Position numbers and translations under genes: made by a program | Source: Candidatus Thalassarchaeaceae archaeon | GTDB taxonomy: Archaea > Thermoplasmatota > Poseidoniia > Poseidoniales > Thalassarchaeaceae | Reading direction: 5' to 3' | DNA: 32,000 nucleotides | Assembly (NCBI GenBank): GCA_045568075.1 | Contig: JBJLBP010000001.1 | Coordinates: 570,001 to 602,000, forward strand | In this document: piece by piece, positions 1 through 8,693 of the stretch | How positions within the stretch are numbered: the first letter of the stretch is position 1 | Layout: each line of letters starts with the position of its first letter | The notes under the pieces: generated by a model | Databases searched by the model: none | Told to the model about the DNA's origin: nothing | What the model saw: the letters and a program-made list of their open reading frames with translations, nothing else

Positions 1-1
1 C

Positions 2-304
2 GATCCACAGGAAGATTCCCAGGAGAATACGATACTTCGACTGATGCTCGAAGATTACTGTGCGAATGATGGCGTCGTGGTCGTAGTTGCACAAACGATT
101 CATGGTGCGATGAACATGAATGTCTATGCCAAGGGACGCGAACAACAGGAGATGGGAATCATTGGTCACGGCTCGCTGTGTCCTCCGGGTTCTGCTCTAG
201 TGAAGTTGCATCATCTGCTGAGCCGTGGCGATGGCCGTGAGGCTGTCGCCTCTGGTTGGATTCAGGATATCTGCGGCGAGAATCCGAACGACTCAATGGA
301 GTAA
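2..304 (+). CDS. gatD: C-terminal fragment of an L-asparaginase-type domain protein, most like Glu-tRNA(Gln) amidotransferase subunit D (5' end outside the window)
   Basis: The frame is open from the window edge to TAA at 302-304. The string DGVVVVVAQTIHGAMNMNVYAKGRE..GIIGHG..ALVKLHHLL..ICGE matches the C-terminal domain pattern of type-I asparaginase/GatD (..VxxxSQxxxGxVxMNVYxxGRxL..GVI..A.VKLmwxL...GE). Confidence 0.55.
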   Translation, partial: DPQEDSQENTILRLMLEDYCANDGVVVVVAQTIHGAMNMNVYAKGREQQEMGIIGHGSLCPPGSALVKLHHLLSRGDGREAVASGWIQDICGENPNDSME

Positions 305-317
305 TTGGAGGGTTCCG

Positions 318-1406
318 ATGGCCGGGCCTAACGATGTGTTTCGATTTTCACGTACGGATTCCGAGGTCCGCAACCGTGCGATTGTAGCGGCTATGACTAA
401 CAAGCAGAGTCACGAAGATGGGTCACTTTCCGATGCCGAAATCGAGTGGTTGCGCAGGCGTGCCGAAGGCGGCTTCGGAATCGTCACCACGGCTGCTTCG
501 CATGTGGTACGCGAGGGCCAAGGTTGGGACGGCGAGATGGGCGTTTGGGGAGACCACCAATTGCCTGGTCTGCGGCGGATGGCTGCCGGGATTCAGGCTC
601 ATGGTGCGCTTTCTCTGGCGCAGATATTCCACGGTGGCATGCGCTGCCCACAACGCCTGACTGGGGTGCAGCCGGTTTCTGCGAGCGCGAATGAAACAAG
701 CGACTCGGATTCGGGCACTACCCGCGAGTTGGAAGATGCTGAGGTGTCGGCACTCGTCGAGGCCTTTGCGGATGCCGCTGCGCGCTGCGAGAAGGCAGGC
801 TTCGATGGTGTTGAGATTCACGGTGCCCACGGTTACCTCATCTGTCAATTCCTTGGCACCGGAACGAACCGGCGAACTGATCATTGGGGCGGTTCGTTGT
901 CGAATCGCGCGCGCTTTCTGATGAAAATCATCGAGCGCGTACGAGATAAGACGGGCGAGGGCTTCCTCGTGGGAGTTCGAATCTCGCCCGAATATCGCAA
1001 GATTGGTGTGACTCTGGAAGATTCTCTCGACCTTACCGATATGCTTGCAGAGTCAGGGATTGACTTCCTTCACATCTCGTGTTGGGATTGCTTCGTTCCG
1101 TCTGCGCACTCCGAAGATCCTCGCATGCTCACCGAGATTTTCGCCGAGCGTCTTGCTAGGCGACTGCCTCTAATTTCGTGCGGTTCGGTCTGGTCAACAG
1201 CACAGGCGCAGGCGGTAATGGAACAGGGTGCGGACTTCGTCGCCGTAGCAAGATCTGCAATCGGTCATGCGGATTGGGCGAGTCATCTGGGTGATGCAGA
1301 TTACGACCCTCAGCGCCCGCCGTTCACTCCGGAGTATCTTGAATCTCAGGGCCTTAGTCCGAAGTTCGTAGATTACATGCGTGCGTGGCAAGGTTTTGTT
1401 GTCTGA
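318..1406 (+). CDS. NADH:flavin oxidoreductase, Old Yellow Enzyme family (FMN TIM barrel)
   Basis: Hallmark motif HGAHGYLICQFLGTGTNRRTDHWGGSLSNRARF (Oxidored_FMN family). ATG 318 is preceded by GGAGGG at 307-312. The longer ORF start at 225 overlaps the upstream gene. Confidence 0.85.
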   Translation: MAGPNDVFRFSRTDSEVRNRAIVAAMTNKQSHEDGSLSDAEIEWLRRRAEGGFGIVTTAASHVVREGQGWDGEMGVWGDHQLPGLRRMAAGIQAHGALSLAQIFHGGMRCPQRLTGVQPVSASANETSDSDSGTTRELEDAEVSALVEAFADAAARCEKAGFDGVEIHGAHGYLICQFLGTGTNRRTDHWGGSLSNRARFLMKIIERVRDKTGEGFLVGVRISPEYRKIGVTLEDSLDLTDMLAESGIDFLHISCWDCFVPSAHSEDPRMLTEIFAERLARRLPLISCGSVWSTAQAQAVMEQGADFVAVARSAIGHADWASHLGDADYDPQRPPFTPEYLESQGLSPKFVDYMRAWQGFVV

Positions 1407-1467
1407 TTGACGATGAATCACTGATGCCGGCTCAATCTTTATCACCGGAGTGAGTCACTTCTCCAGT

Positions 1468-1908
1468 ATGGAAGTAGAAGGAACCCCTCAGATGACTGGC
1501 AGACCAACAGAACAGATTGGATTCGTTGATGCGGTAAAAAAGGCAGTGATTCACAACTATGCGAACTTCAACGGCCGAGCCTCTCGCTCCGAATACTGGT
1601 GGTGTCTATTGTTCGGTATTTGTATAGCCATTCCTGCAATGATTCTCGACGGGCTGACTGGAATCGTGCTCATTGACGCGGGCGCTGGTATCAGCTACGG
1701 CCCATTCTACGTACTCACCGGGCTGGGATTTTTGCTTCCTGGAATTTCTGTGATGGTTCGCAGGTTGCATGACTCAGGACGATCTGGATGGTGGTATTTC
1801 ATAGGGCTAGTTCCATGTGTTGGATTCATCATTTTGTTGGTATTTTTGGTACAAGATGGACAACCTCATCCTAACGATTACGGGGAAGTTCCCACAAATA
1901 CACTCTGA
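1468..1908 (+). CDS. DUF805-family small integral membrane protein
   Basis: Signature motifs GRASRSEYWW and RRLHDSGRSGWW flank hydrophobic helices. The start is ambiguous (GTG 1450, ATG 1468, ATG 1492). Confidence 0.75.
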   Translation: MEVEGTPQMTGRPTEQIGFVDAVKKAVIHNYANFNGRASRSEYWWCLLFGICIAIPAMILDGLTGIVLIDAGAGISYGPFYVLTGLGFLLPGISVMVRRLHDSGRSGWWYFIGLVPCVGFIILLVFLVQDGQPHPNDYGEVPTNTL

Positions 1909-1957
1909 GTATATTCAGCCGCTTCGATGAAAGACCGCGAGCGGTTTGGAGCGTATC

Positions 1958-3508
1958 ATGGCTGGCGCATCGCACTCCGATGACTTGGATGCGATGCGCC
2001 GAGAAGCCCTCAATTCAGCCGACCGGATAAGTATGGAAGAATTGCGAAAATCCGGTCGCCAAACTGCTCGAGAACGCATCACCATGCTACTGGATGCTGA
2101 TTCGTTTGTCGAAGTTGGCAGCTTCGTCCAGCACCGCTCTGGCGACTTCAACATGCACCTCCACCGACCTCTCGGCGACGGCGTCGTAGCCGGCCATGGC
2201 AAGATCGATGGTCGTCGAGTAGTATGCTTCGCGCAGGATTACGCAGTATTCGATGGCAGTATGGGTGAGATGCACGCGCAAAAGATAGCCAAGGTTGCCG
2301 AGTTCGCGGAGAAAGCCCAACTTCCTCTTATCGGAATCTGGGACGGCGACGGCCAGCGAGTTCAGGATGGGGTTCCAGCCCTAGGCGCTACAGGAGAATT
2401 GCTCGACATCCTCGTCGCCTGCTCGGGGCGCATCCCGACCTTCTCGATTATCCTCGGAACCGTAGCAGGGGTCAGCGCCCTTGCTGCTGGTCTTTCCGAC
2501 TTCGTCATCCTCTCCGATGATCACGGTCAGATGTTCATGCGCTCGCCTTATTTCATTCCTGAAATCGCTAGTGGAGAATTAGATCAACAGAGCTTGGGCG
2601 GAGCAGAAGCACATGCTTCCCGCTCAGGCGTAGCATGCATGGTAGCAGAAGACGAAGAGGATGCGATACTAACAGCCTGTGAAATCCTCGCATACTTGCC
2701 GGACCACACGCTCGCGGAAGCCGCCAACCTTCCGAGCAGTGACCCGGCTAACCGAGTCTGCGACAACCTCACTGACATTGTTCCAGCAGACTCGAACCGA
2801 CCATACGACATCAGAAAAGTCATCGAAGAAATCGCCGATGAGGGGAGGTTCCTCGAATTATTCTCATCCTATGCAGAGAACATCGTCATCGGATTCTCCC
2901 GTCTCGACGGCCAATCGGTTGGAATCGTAGCCAATCAACCGAAGGTTTTGGCGGGCTGCCTAGACATCGATGCCTCAGTCAAGGCAGCCCGATTCATCCG
3001 CACATGCGATATTTTCAACATCCCTGTTGTGACCTTTGTCGACGTCCCAGGTTTCTTGCCAGGGACCGTCCAGGAGTGGGGTGGCATCATTCGTCATGGC
3101 GCTAAATTGCTCTACGCTTACGCTGAGGCTACTGTGCCCAAACTAACCGTCGTCACTCGCAAGGCCTACGGAGGGGCTTACCTCGCAATGTCCTGCAAAC
3201 ATCTACGCTCTGACTACAACATTGCCTGGCCGACAGGGGAATTGGCAGTGATGGGGGCTGAAGGTGCTGTGAATATCATTCATCGACGCGAATTGGCCGA
3301 GGCCGAGGATCCGGCCTCGATTCACGTTGAATTGGTGGATGAGTATCGTCGCAAGTTTGGAGATCCTTACGTTGCGGCGCGCAACGGCTGGTTGGATGAT
3401 GTAATCGAGCCGAGTGAGACGCGACGCAAATTGATTCAGGCGCTCAGGCCGCTTCGCAGTAAGCGGGAATGGGTACCGCCGAAGAAACATGGCAATATAC
3501 CACTTTGA
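1958..3508 (+). CDS. pccB: Acyl-CoA carboxylase carboxyltransferase subunit (propionyl-CoA carboxylase beta / methylmalonyl-CoA carboxyltransferase family)
   Basis: Full-length similarity to the carboxyl-transferase family: GRQTARERITMLLDADSFVE, GHGKIDGR, FAQDYAVFDGSMGE, GIVANQP..LAGCLDIDAS.KAARFIR.CD.FNIP.VTFVDVPGFLPG, RKAYGGAY. An alternative TTG start lies at 1946. Confidence 0.9.
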   Translation: MAGASHSDDLDAMRREALNSADRISMEELRKSGRQTARERITMLLDADSFVEVGSFVQHRSGDFNMHLHRPLGDGVVAGHGKIDGRRVVCFAQDYAVFDGSMGEMHAQKIAKVAEFAEKAQLPLIGIWDGDGQRVQDGVPALGATGELLDILVACSGRIPTFSIILGTVAGVSALAAGLSDFVILSDDHGQMFMRSPYFIPEIASGELDQQSLGGAEAHASRSGVACMVAEDEEDAILTACEILAYLPDHTLAEAANLPSSDPANRVCDNLTDIVPADSNRPYDIRKVIEEIADEGRFLELFSSYAENIVIGFSRLDGQSVGIVANQPKVLAGCLDIDASVKAARFIRTCDIFNIPVVTFVDVPGFLPGTVQEWGGIIRHGAKLLYAYAEATVPKLTVVTRKAYGGAYLAMSCKHLRSDYNIAWPTGELAVMGAEGAVNIIHRRELAEAEDPASIHVELVDEYRRKFGDPYVAARNGWLDDVIEPSETRRKLIQALRPLRSKREWVPPKKHGNIPL

Positions 3509-3552
3509 CCTGCTGGAGAATGACTTAAGACACTGCACGCGTGAATTTTACC

Positions 3553-5295
3553 ATGCGAGAGCGATTGCTGACCGCACTAATCTGCACGGCCCTGCTGACT
3601 TCCTTGATTCCTGCCGTCTCGGCTAGCGGGCCATCTGACTCCCTAATTTGGGGCGTGTCTTATGATTGGGCTGACCTTGATGATGACCAAGAGACGTTGA
3701 CGGGTATCAGTCCGGCACTGATCATCGAGGACCTCGAACAGGCTGCGATGATTGCCAAGTTTGACCTCGACGCTCTTACCGTAATCAGTGGTAATTCATT
3801 CATCTTCGTCGAGCAGTGGGAGGATGATGGAGCAACGACAATCGAGGACGGGGATGGAGATATACACACCGTGACAACCCGCCACACCGAGATTACTCTG
3901 CGCCACGGAACGAGAAATGATCAGGGGCTCATCTCGAATTGGGAAGATGAAAATTCCTCAATCGACATTTTGTATCGAGCCTCGCAAACGAGCCTCGCAG
4001 TATACGATATCGCCTACACAGAATACCTAGATTCTCAGTTGCGCCACATCGGCGCAGACCTCATTATGACTGGCTCAGCGAGTCAGGATTTTGAGTTGGA
4101 ACTGGAATTCGAACTCGCTGGCGGCGGTGAATCCTACGACGCCGATATTGAGTTTGGAGCATCATTTGGGTTCAATGTAGATTCGATTACATCCGAATGG
4201 AGAACCACTGACCCAATCGATATTCTCGGTCCAATGTCCCACGATGGATACTCCGGAGATGATCTATGCTGGGGCGATCGATGTGGTATGGTCAGCGGAG
4301 ACTATTCTGTATCGGCGGAATACGCCTTCTCACTAGCAGGCATTCCAACCGAAGAACTGGATTTATCCGCTGACGCGCTAGACATCTCGATATCAGATAC
4401 TGTCACTTCGGCTGGCGCCTTCTTTGAGGAATTTGATACTGGATTCTATTCTAGTGATCGAACTCCAGCTTGTAATGGTCTGAACCCTTCGATGGATGCA
4501 GACCTCGGACAGGATGCTGATGTTGAGGTTCAATGTCGCCAAGTGGTCCCCGTTTTCTCGCCCGGTTTGCTTGGAATGGCAGCCGTCTCAACAGCTTCTG
4601 CCTTCACCGATAGTTCGGCTTTCGAGGCTGCTATTGAAGAATTAACGCACGAATTGGAATCGATTGGTGAAGATCTCGAAGACGAGGCAAATGATGGGAA
4701 TGATTCGGCCGCAGATGTCTTTGTCTGCGATGATGGTACCGAGATTCCATCCTATTGGGTAAATGATGGAGAGGAGGATTGTCCCGACGGATCTGATGAA
4801 TACGGCACGGAACTTGATGGTGCTGAGGCCATGCTTGAGGCTTGGTCAGAGTCAGATCTCGAATCAACGATGGAGACCTTCATTGAAGCTCTCGAAGATT
4901 TGCTTGACGATCACGTCTCGAATCCAGCGATAGATCTGGAACAAGGATGCCTAACGACTCTCTGGGACAGTTCAGAGAAGATGATAGTCGGCATCGCTTG
5001 GATGCAAGATGGCTACATGTTGGAAGGTCCGGATATCACTGGTGTCGGTGACCACTCCGTTGATCTTGGAATCGAATATCTTGTCGGAGATACTGCTCGG
5101 GCCGCTCAGGTAGCGGCTTCTGACCTCAACAACCTTGTTGGTCTAGCGCCACCTTCACAACACGATGCACGGGACGTGGATGAGTTGCTTGGAAATGATG
5201 AGAATGAGACCGGCGTATTCGTTCCTGGTGTAGGAATACTAGCGACCATCGGTTTACTCGGTGCAAGCGCATTATCTCAACGTCGGGACGAGTAA
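3553..5295 (+). CDS. Secreted, extremely acidic envelope protein of unknown family, with a signal peptide, an LDL-receptor-A-like acidic module and a PGF-CTERM-like anchor
   Basis: The long ORF has an N-terminal signal peptide MRERLLTALICTALLTSLIPAVSA|SG, a D/E-rich body, and a C-terminal PGVGILATIGLLGASALSQRRDE (helix plus basic tail). An alternative GTG start lies at 3541. Confidence 0.7.
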   Translation: MRERLLTALICTALLTSLIPAVSASGPSDSLIWGVSYDWADLDDDQETLTGISPALIIEDLEQAAMIAKFDLDALTVISGNSFIFVEQWEDDGATTIEDGDGDIHTVTTRHTEITLRHGTRNDQGLISNWEDENSSIDILYRASQTSLAVYDIAYTEYLDSQLRHIGADLIMTGSASQDFELELEFELAGGGESYDADIEFGASFGFNVDSITSEWRTTDPIDILGPMSHDGYSGDDLCWGDRCGMVSGDYSVSAEYAFSLAGIPTEELDLSADALDISISDTVTSAGAFFEEFDTGFYSSDRTPACNGLNPSMDADLGQDADVEVQCRQVVPVFSPGLLGMAAVSTASAFTDSSAFEAAIEELTHELESIGEDLEDEANDGNDSAADVFVCDDGTEIPSYWVNDGEEDCPDGSDEYGTELDGAEAMLEAWSESDLESTMETFIEALEDLLDDHVSNPAIDLEQGCLTTLWDSSEKMIVGIAWMQDGYMLEGPDITGVGDHSVDLGIEYLVGDTARAAQVAASDLNNLVGLAPPSQHDARDVDELLGNDENETGVFVPGVGILATIGLLGASALSQRRDE

Positions 5296-5298
5296 TCA

Positions 5299-6192
5299 AT
5301 GAGTGAGCCCGAATCGAAGAGCGGGATGAAATCGCTCATCATCGTCTTCTTGTTTCTATCTGCGGGACTCTGGTTTTCAGATTGGTTCGCCCTCACTGGC
5401 ACAGGGTCATACACCGAAGGGCTCGATCGTGAGCCAACGATTGTGGTCGAATACACGATAGATGCCTCGCAGGAATCTGTATCGATTTCGTTAGAGAATG
5501 CAACACCCCTCCTTCAGTATTGGCGGAATCGTGAGACAATTACCGACCCGATTGAGGAGGGGGACGACCCAGATGGTGAAGACTCTGCAGAACTGGAGGC
5601 ATCAGAGTCTCAGCAAAAAGCCTCTACGAGTTCTTCGAAACTCGATTTCACGCGAACTCTCATTGGGATTCTCATCGTGCTGTTTTGTCTATGTGCCTTC
5701 GAAGGAGTAAAGAATTTGAATCGGAATTGGATGAAAGCCAGCCTCGCTGTTTGGTTACTTCTTGGAGCGATGCTTGTGTTCCAATTGCCAATTGCTGCAG
5801 TCAGTGACTTCGGCATGGATGAGGGAGGTGAATCTTCGACAGGTGGCTTCGACACCGCGAGCAATGATGAGGTTTCAGTCAGTCAATTTGCTCACTTTGA
5901 ATCTGAGGGAGGATTGGCTGTGGAGTTGTTGGCTCTTCGCTTCGATTACAATTCTGAGGGTTTCGACCTAGGACTCCTCGACGAAGAGGATCGGCAGGCC
6001 GTCATCGATGATGCACCTGCTCCGGATGAACCGGGATATGAATCGTTCATTCGCTTCGAGGGTGAAATGAGGGCAGGTCCTGGCCCGGTCATGATATGGT
6101 GGCTAGTGCTAGGTGCGCTCGCGTTCTATTGTATGAGATCCTTTAGGACCGATTCGAGCGAAGGAAGTGAGTCGGCGAAACTGGGTGTGTAG
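5299..6192 (+). CDS. Acidic multi-pass membrane protein of unknown function (about 4 TM helices)
   Basis: ATG lies 4 nt after the previous stop. Hydrophobic segments are LIIVFLFLSAGLWF, LIGILIVLFCLCAF, LAVWLLLGAMLVFQLPIAAV and VMIWWLVLGALAFYC, separated by D/E-rich loops. The 3' end overlaps the convergent aroE by 67 nt. Confidence 0.6.
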   Translation: MSEPESKSGMKSLIIVFLFLSAGLWFSDWFALTGTGSYTEGLDREPTIVVEYTIDASQESVSISLENATPLLQYWRNRETITDPIEEGDDPDGEDSAELEASESQQKASTSSSKLDFTRTLIGILIVLFCLCAFEGVKNLNRNWMKASLAVWLLLGAMLVFQLPIAAVSDFGMDEGGESSTGGFDTASNDEVSVSQFAHFESEGGLAVELLALRFDYNSEGFDLGLLDEEDRQAVIDDAPAPDEPGYESFIRFEGEMRAGPGPVMIWWLVLGALAFYCMRSFRTDSSEGSESAKLGV

Positions 6193-6854
6193 AGTCGTTT
6201 CCAAGCCTCAAGGTGCTGGGCTGCCACCATAATCACGGCGAACTCGTCTGAAGTTGCACCTTCACCGTATGAGATCGAGACCTGCTGCTTGGCTCTCAAG
6301 TCGACAGAATCACCTCCGCCAGCGGTGGCATCTAAATCGATAGCAAGATCGGCTTCACCATCGTCAATAATCGCTTCATCCCAAGGTCCACTGAGTAATG
6401 CTCGCCGACCTTCACTTGGGATGATTCGGCCGCCTTCAGCAGCCCATGCGGCGGCAATTGCACGTGCTGCAGATCCGCCGCCGCGCATCCGCAAAGTGCT
6501 TCCATTTGGTTCGATACCAATGTGTCGACAGGCGGCAACAAAGCCCACACCGTCGGTGCTGGTTCCAGCCCATTTTCCATCAACCCGCTTCAACTGATTA
6601 ATCGCATTCACGCCTTCTGGCCCACTAACTCCGAGCCGCGCCTGCGGAGAGTGTTTCAGCGGCGCGGTACAACTCAGCCAGAGGTCACCCTCGAGCTGTT
6701 CGATATTGGCCTCAAATTCGCTCATCGAGTCAGCCTCGACGAAAATACACTGAGCATCAATCCCCAGTTTCTCACCCACAATTGTGAACAGGCGAGGGGT
6801 CAGAGAATGTGCGATGGGGTATCCTGCGATTCCCCAGTAAGCCGGACCAGACAC
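6126..6854 (-). CDS. aroE: Shikimate 5-dehydrogenase
   Basis: Motifs YWGIAGYPIAHSLTPRLF (GxxGxPIxHSxSP), SCTAPLKHS (NVTxPxK), GTSTDGVGF (NTDxxGF) and RGGGSAARA (NADP glycine loop). The ORF is open up to ATG 7016, which would overlap the fhs start by 99 nt. In-frame GTG at 6854 gives MSGPAYWGIAG..., the usual short AroE N-terminus. Confidence 0.8.
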   Translation of the reverse strand: MSGPAYWGIAGYPIAHSLTPRLFTIVGEKLGIDAQCIFVEADSMSEFEANIEQLEGDLWLSCTAPLKHSPQARLGVSGPEGVNAINQLKRVDGKWAGTSTDGVGFVAACRHIGIEPNGSTLRMRGGGSAARAIAAAWAAEGGRIIPSEGRRALLSGPWDEAIIDDGEADLAIDLDATAGGGDSVDLRAKQQVSISYGEGATSDEFAVIMVAAQHLEAWKRLYTPSFADSLPSLESVLKDLIQ

Positions 6855-6917
6855 TATGCATCGCTCCGAATTCTCCGCAATGAAGGTTTCAAGTCGGTTG
6901 CGACGGCGCCAAAGGTG

Positions 6918-8633
6918 ATGGACAGCGACCTCGATATCGCCCGACGAGCCACGATTCGCCCAGTCGAAGAGGTGGCGGACAAGCTCGGACTTGCTCGCAG
7001 TGACTTGATTCTGCAAGGTCCTTCAATCGCAAAAATTTCCTGGGATAGACTGAACAAAGCCAACGATGGAAAGCAAGGATTCCTAATTCTAGTCACCAGC
7101 GTCAATCCTACGCCATTCGGTGAAGGAAAGACAGTGACGACAATCGGATTGAATCAGGGTTTGAATCGACGCGGGCACAATGCCACTTGCGTGATTCGTG
7201 AGCCGTCGATGGGTCCAGTGTTTGGAATCAAGGGAGGTGCTGCTGGTGGTGGCTACTCACAGGTTCTGCCGATGGAGGAGATTAACCTCCACTTCACAGG
7301 TGACCTTCACGCTGTTACAATGGCACACAACCTCTGTTCGGCCATGCTCGATAACCACCTCCACAGGGGCAATAATTTGGCTCTTGATTTGAAGCGGATA
7401 CTTTGGCCGCGAGTCATCGATATGAATGATCGAAGCCTTCGAGAGGTTACGATCGGTCTTGGTGGGAAGGCGAATGGGATTGTTCGAACTGATCGGTTCG
7501 ATATTACCGCGGCCAGCGAGGTCATGGCGATTCTTGTTTTGTCGAAGGATTATGCTGACTTGCGCGCAAGGTTAGGGCGGATTGCCATCGGAGTTTCGAC
7601 TTCGGGGAACCTCGTGACTGCCGATGACCTCGGTTGTGCTGGCGCTATGGCTCTACTGTTGCGCAATGCATTGTTGCCGAATCTAGTTCAGACTCTTGAG
7701 GGCGATCCAGCCTTCATTCACGGTGGCCCCTTTGCTAATATCGCGCACGGGAACTCTTCGATTATCGCTGATGCGCTTGCTTTGTCCTGCGCAGATTATG
7801 TGGTTACTGAGGCTGGATTCGGGGCCGATATGGGCGCTGAGAAGGCTTTGCAGATCAAGGCCCAGGCGGCCGGAAAGGTGCCCGATTGCGTGGTGCTGAA
7901 TGTCACTGTGCGTTCGATGAAATTGCACGGTGATGGGTTCTCTACCGGCGGCGGAAAGAGGCCTCCGAAGGAGGAGTTGGAAGCAGAGAACGTCGAAGCT
8001 ACCCGAGCCGGTGCCGCAACTAACCTTCGAAGACACGTACGTAATTTGTCTTCAACCGAGATTCCAGTAATTGTCTCAATCAACCGGTTCGCGAGCGATA
8101 CCGATGCTGAGATCACGGCTATCCGCGAGGAGGCTGTTGCCGCAGGAGCTCACGATATCGTCTTGTTCGAGGGACACGCCAAGGGTGGCGAGGGTGCTGG
8201 TGAGCTAGCGGATGCCGTTGTTGCTGCTTGCGCTGCGCATGATGATGCGGGCCGACCCTACGTGCCAATCGTTGAGCCGGGTCTGCCCGCCGACCAAACC
8301 ATTCTACGTGTTGCGACCAATGTCTACGGTGCTCATACTGTGGATTTCTCCCCCCAGGCTCACAAGACTCTGGATTCGTTGCGCGAATGGGGTCTTGACA
8401 CACTGCCAATTTGCATGGCGAAGACGCAGTATTCATTCAGTCACGAGCCAACCGCTCTTGGCTCCCCTACCGGATTCACCATGCCGATTCGTGAGTTACG
8501 TCTCAACTCTGGTGCTGGCTTCATCGTCGCTATTTGCGGCTCGATGATGACCATGCCCGGATTGCCGATTCGGCCAGCTGCCATGGACATGGATATGGAC
8601 GAAGATGGCCGCTTGACTGGCGTATTCAGCTGA
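6918..8633 (+). CDS. fhs: Formate--tetrahydrofolate ligase (formyl-THF synthetase)
   Basis: MDSDLDIARRATIRPVEEVADKLGL is the typical FTHFS N-terminus. Also present are the P-loop-like VTSVNPTPFGEGKTVTTIGL, EPSMGPVFGIKGGAAGGGYSQV, HGGPFANIAHGNSS and MAKTQYSFS. The 132 upstream codons of the ORF are antisense to aroE and not FTHFS-like. Confidence 0.92.
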   Translation: MDSDLDIARRATIRPVEEVADKLGLARSDLILQGPSIAKISWDRLNKANDGKQGFLILVTSVNPTPFGEGKTVTTIGLNQGLNRRGHNATCVIREPSMGPVFGIKGGAAGGGYSQVLPMEEINLHFTGDLHAVTMAHNLCSAMLDNHLHRGNNLALDLKRILWPRVIDMNDRSLREVTIGLGGKANGIVRTDRFDITAASEVMAILVLSKDYADLRARLGRIAIGVSTSGNLVTADDLGCAGAMALLLRNALLPNLVQTLEGDPAFIHGGPFANIAHGNSSIIADALALSCADYVVTEAGFGADMGAEKALQIKAQAAGKVPDCVVLNVTVRSMKLHGDGFSTGGGKRPPKEELEAENVEATRAGAATNLRRHVRNLSSTEIPVIVSINRFASDTDAEITAIREEAVAAGAHDIVLFEGHAKGGEGAGELADAVVAACAAHDDAGRPYVPIVEPGLPADQTILRVATNVYGAHTVDFSPQAHKTLDSLREWGLDTLPICMAKTQYSFSHEPTALGSPTGFTMPIRELRLNSGAGFIVAICGSMMTMPGLPIRPAAMDMDMDEDGRLTGVFS

Positions 8634-8693
8634 TGGAGAAGGGTGACAAAGAACGCGAATCGTGATGGTCCGCGGCGGTCAGGGTGTGTTTGA

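Noticed and set aside
225-317. Upstream extension of the OYE ORF (start 225), and similarly 10370-10498 for the endo-IV-like ORF and 28142-28189 for atpA
   Set aside because: Each extension overlaps the preceding gene. In each case an internal ATG with a good SD (GGAGGG, GAGGAG, GGAAGTGA) coincides with the family-typical N-terminus.
1934-1947. Small GC hairpin ACCGC-GA-GCGGT followed by TTT, downstream of the DUF805 gene, as a terminator
   Set aside because: The stem is only 4-5 bp with a sterically impossible 2-nt loop, and it overlaps the start region of the next gene.
6126-6192. 67-nt tail-to-tail overlap of the membrane-protein gene and aroE as a sign of a mis-called gene
   Set aside because: Both ends are fixed by stop codons. 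The overlap involves only the non-conserved C-terminal tails. Convergent 3' overlaps are common in compact genomes.
6522-6917. 132-codon N-terminal extension of the formate-THF ligase ORF (ORF track 6522..8633)
   Set aside because: The extension is antisense to the conserved core of aroE and has no FTHFS similarity. The canonical FTHFS N-terminus (MDSDLDIA..) begins at ATG 6918.
6855-7016. Long form of aroE starting at ATG 7016
   Set aside because: It would overlap the fhs 5' end by 99 nt head-to-head. It would also add 54 residues with no AroE similarity. In-frame GTG 6854 gives the standard short N-terminus before GxxGxPIxHSxSP. It remains an alternative.
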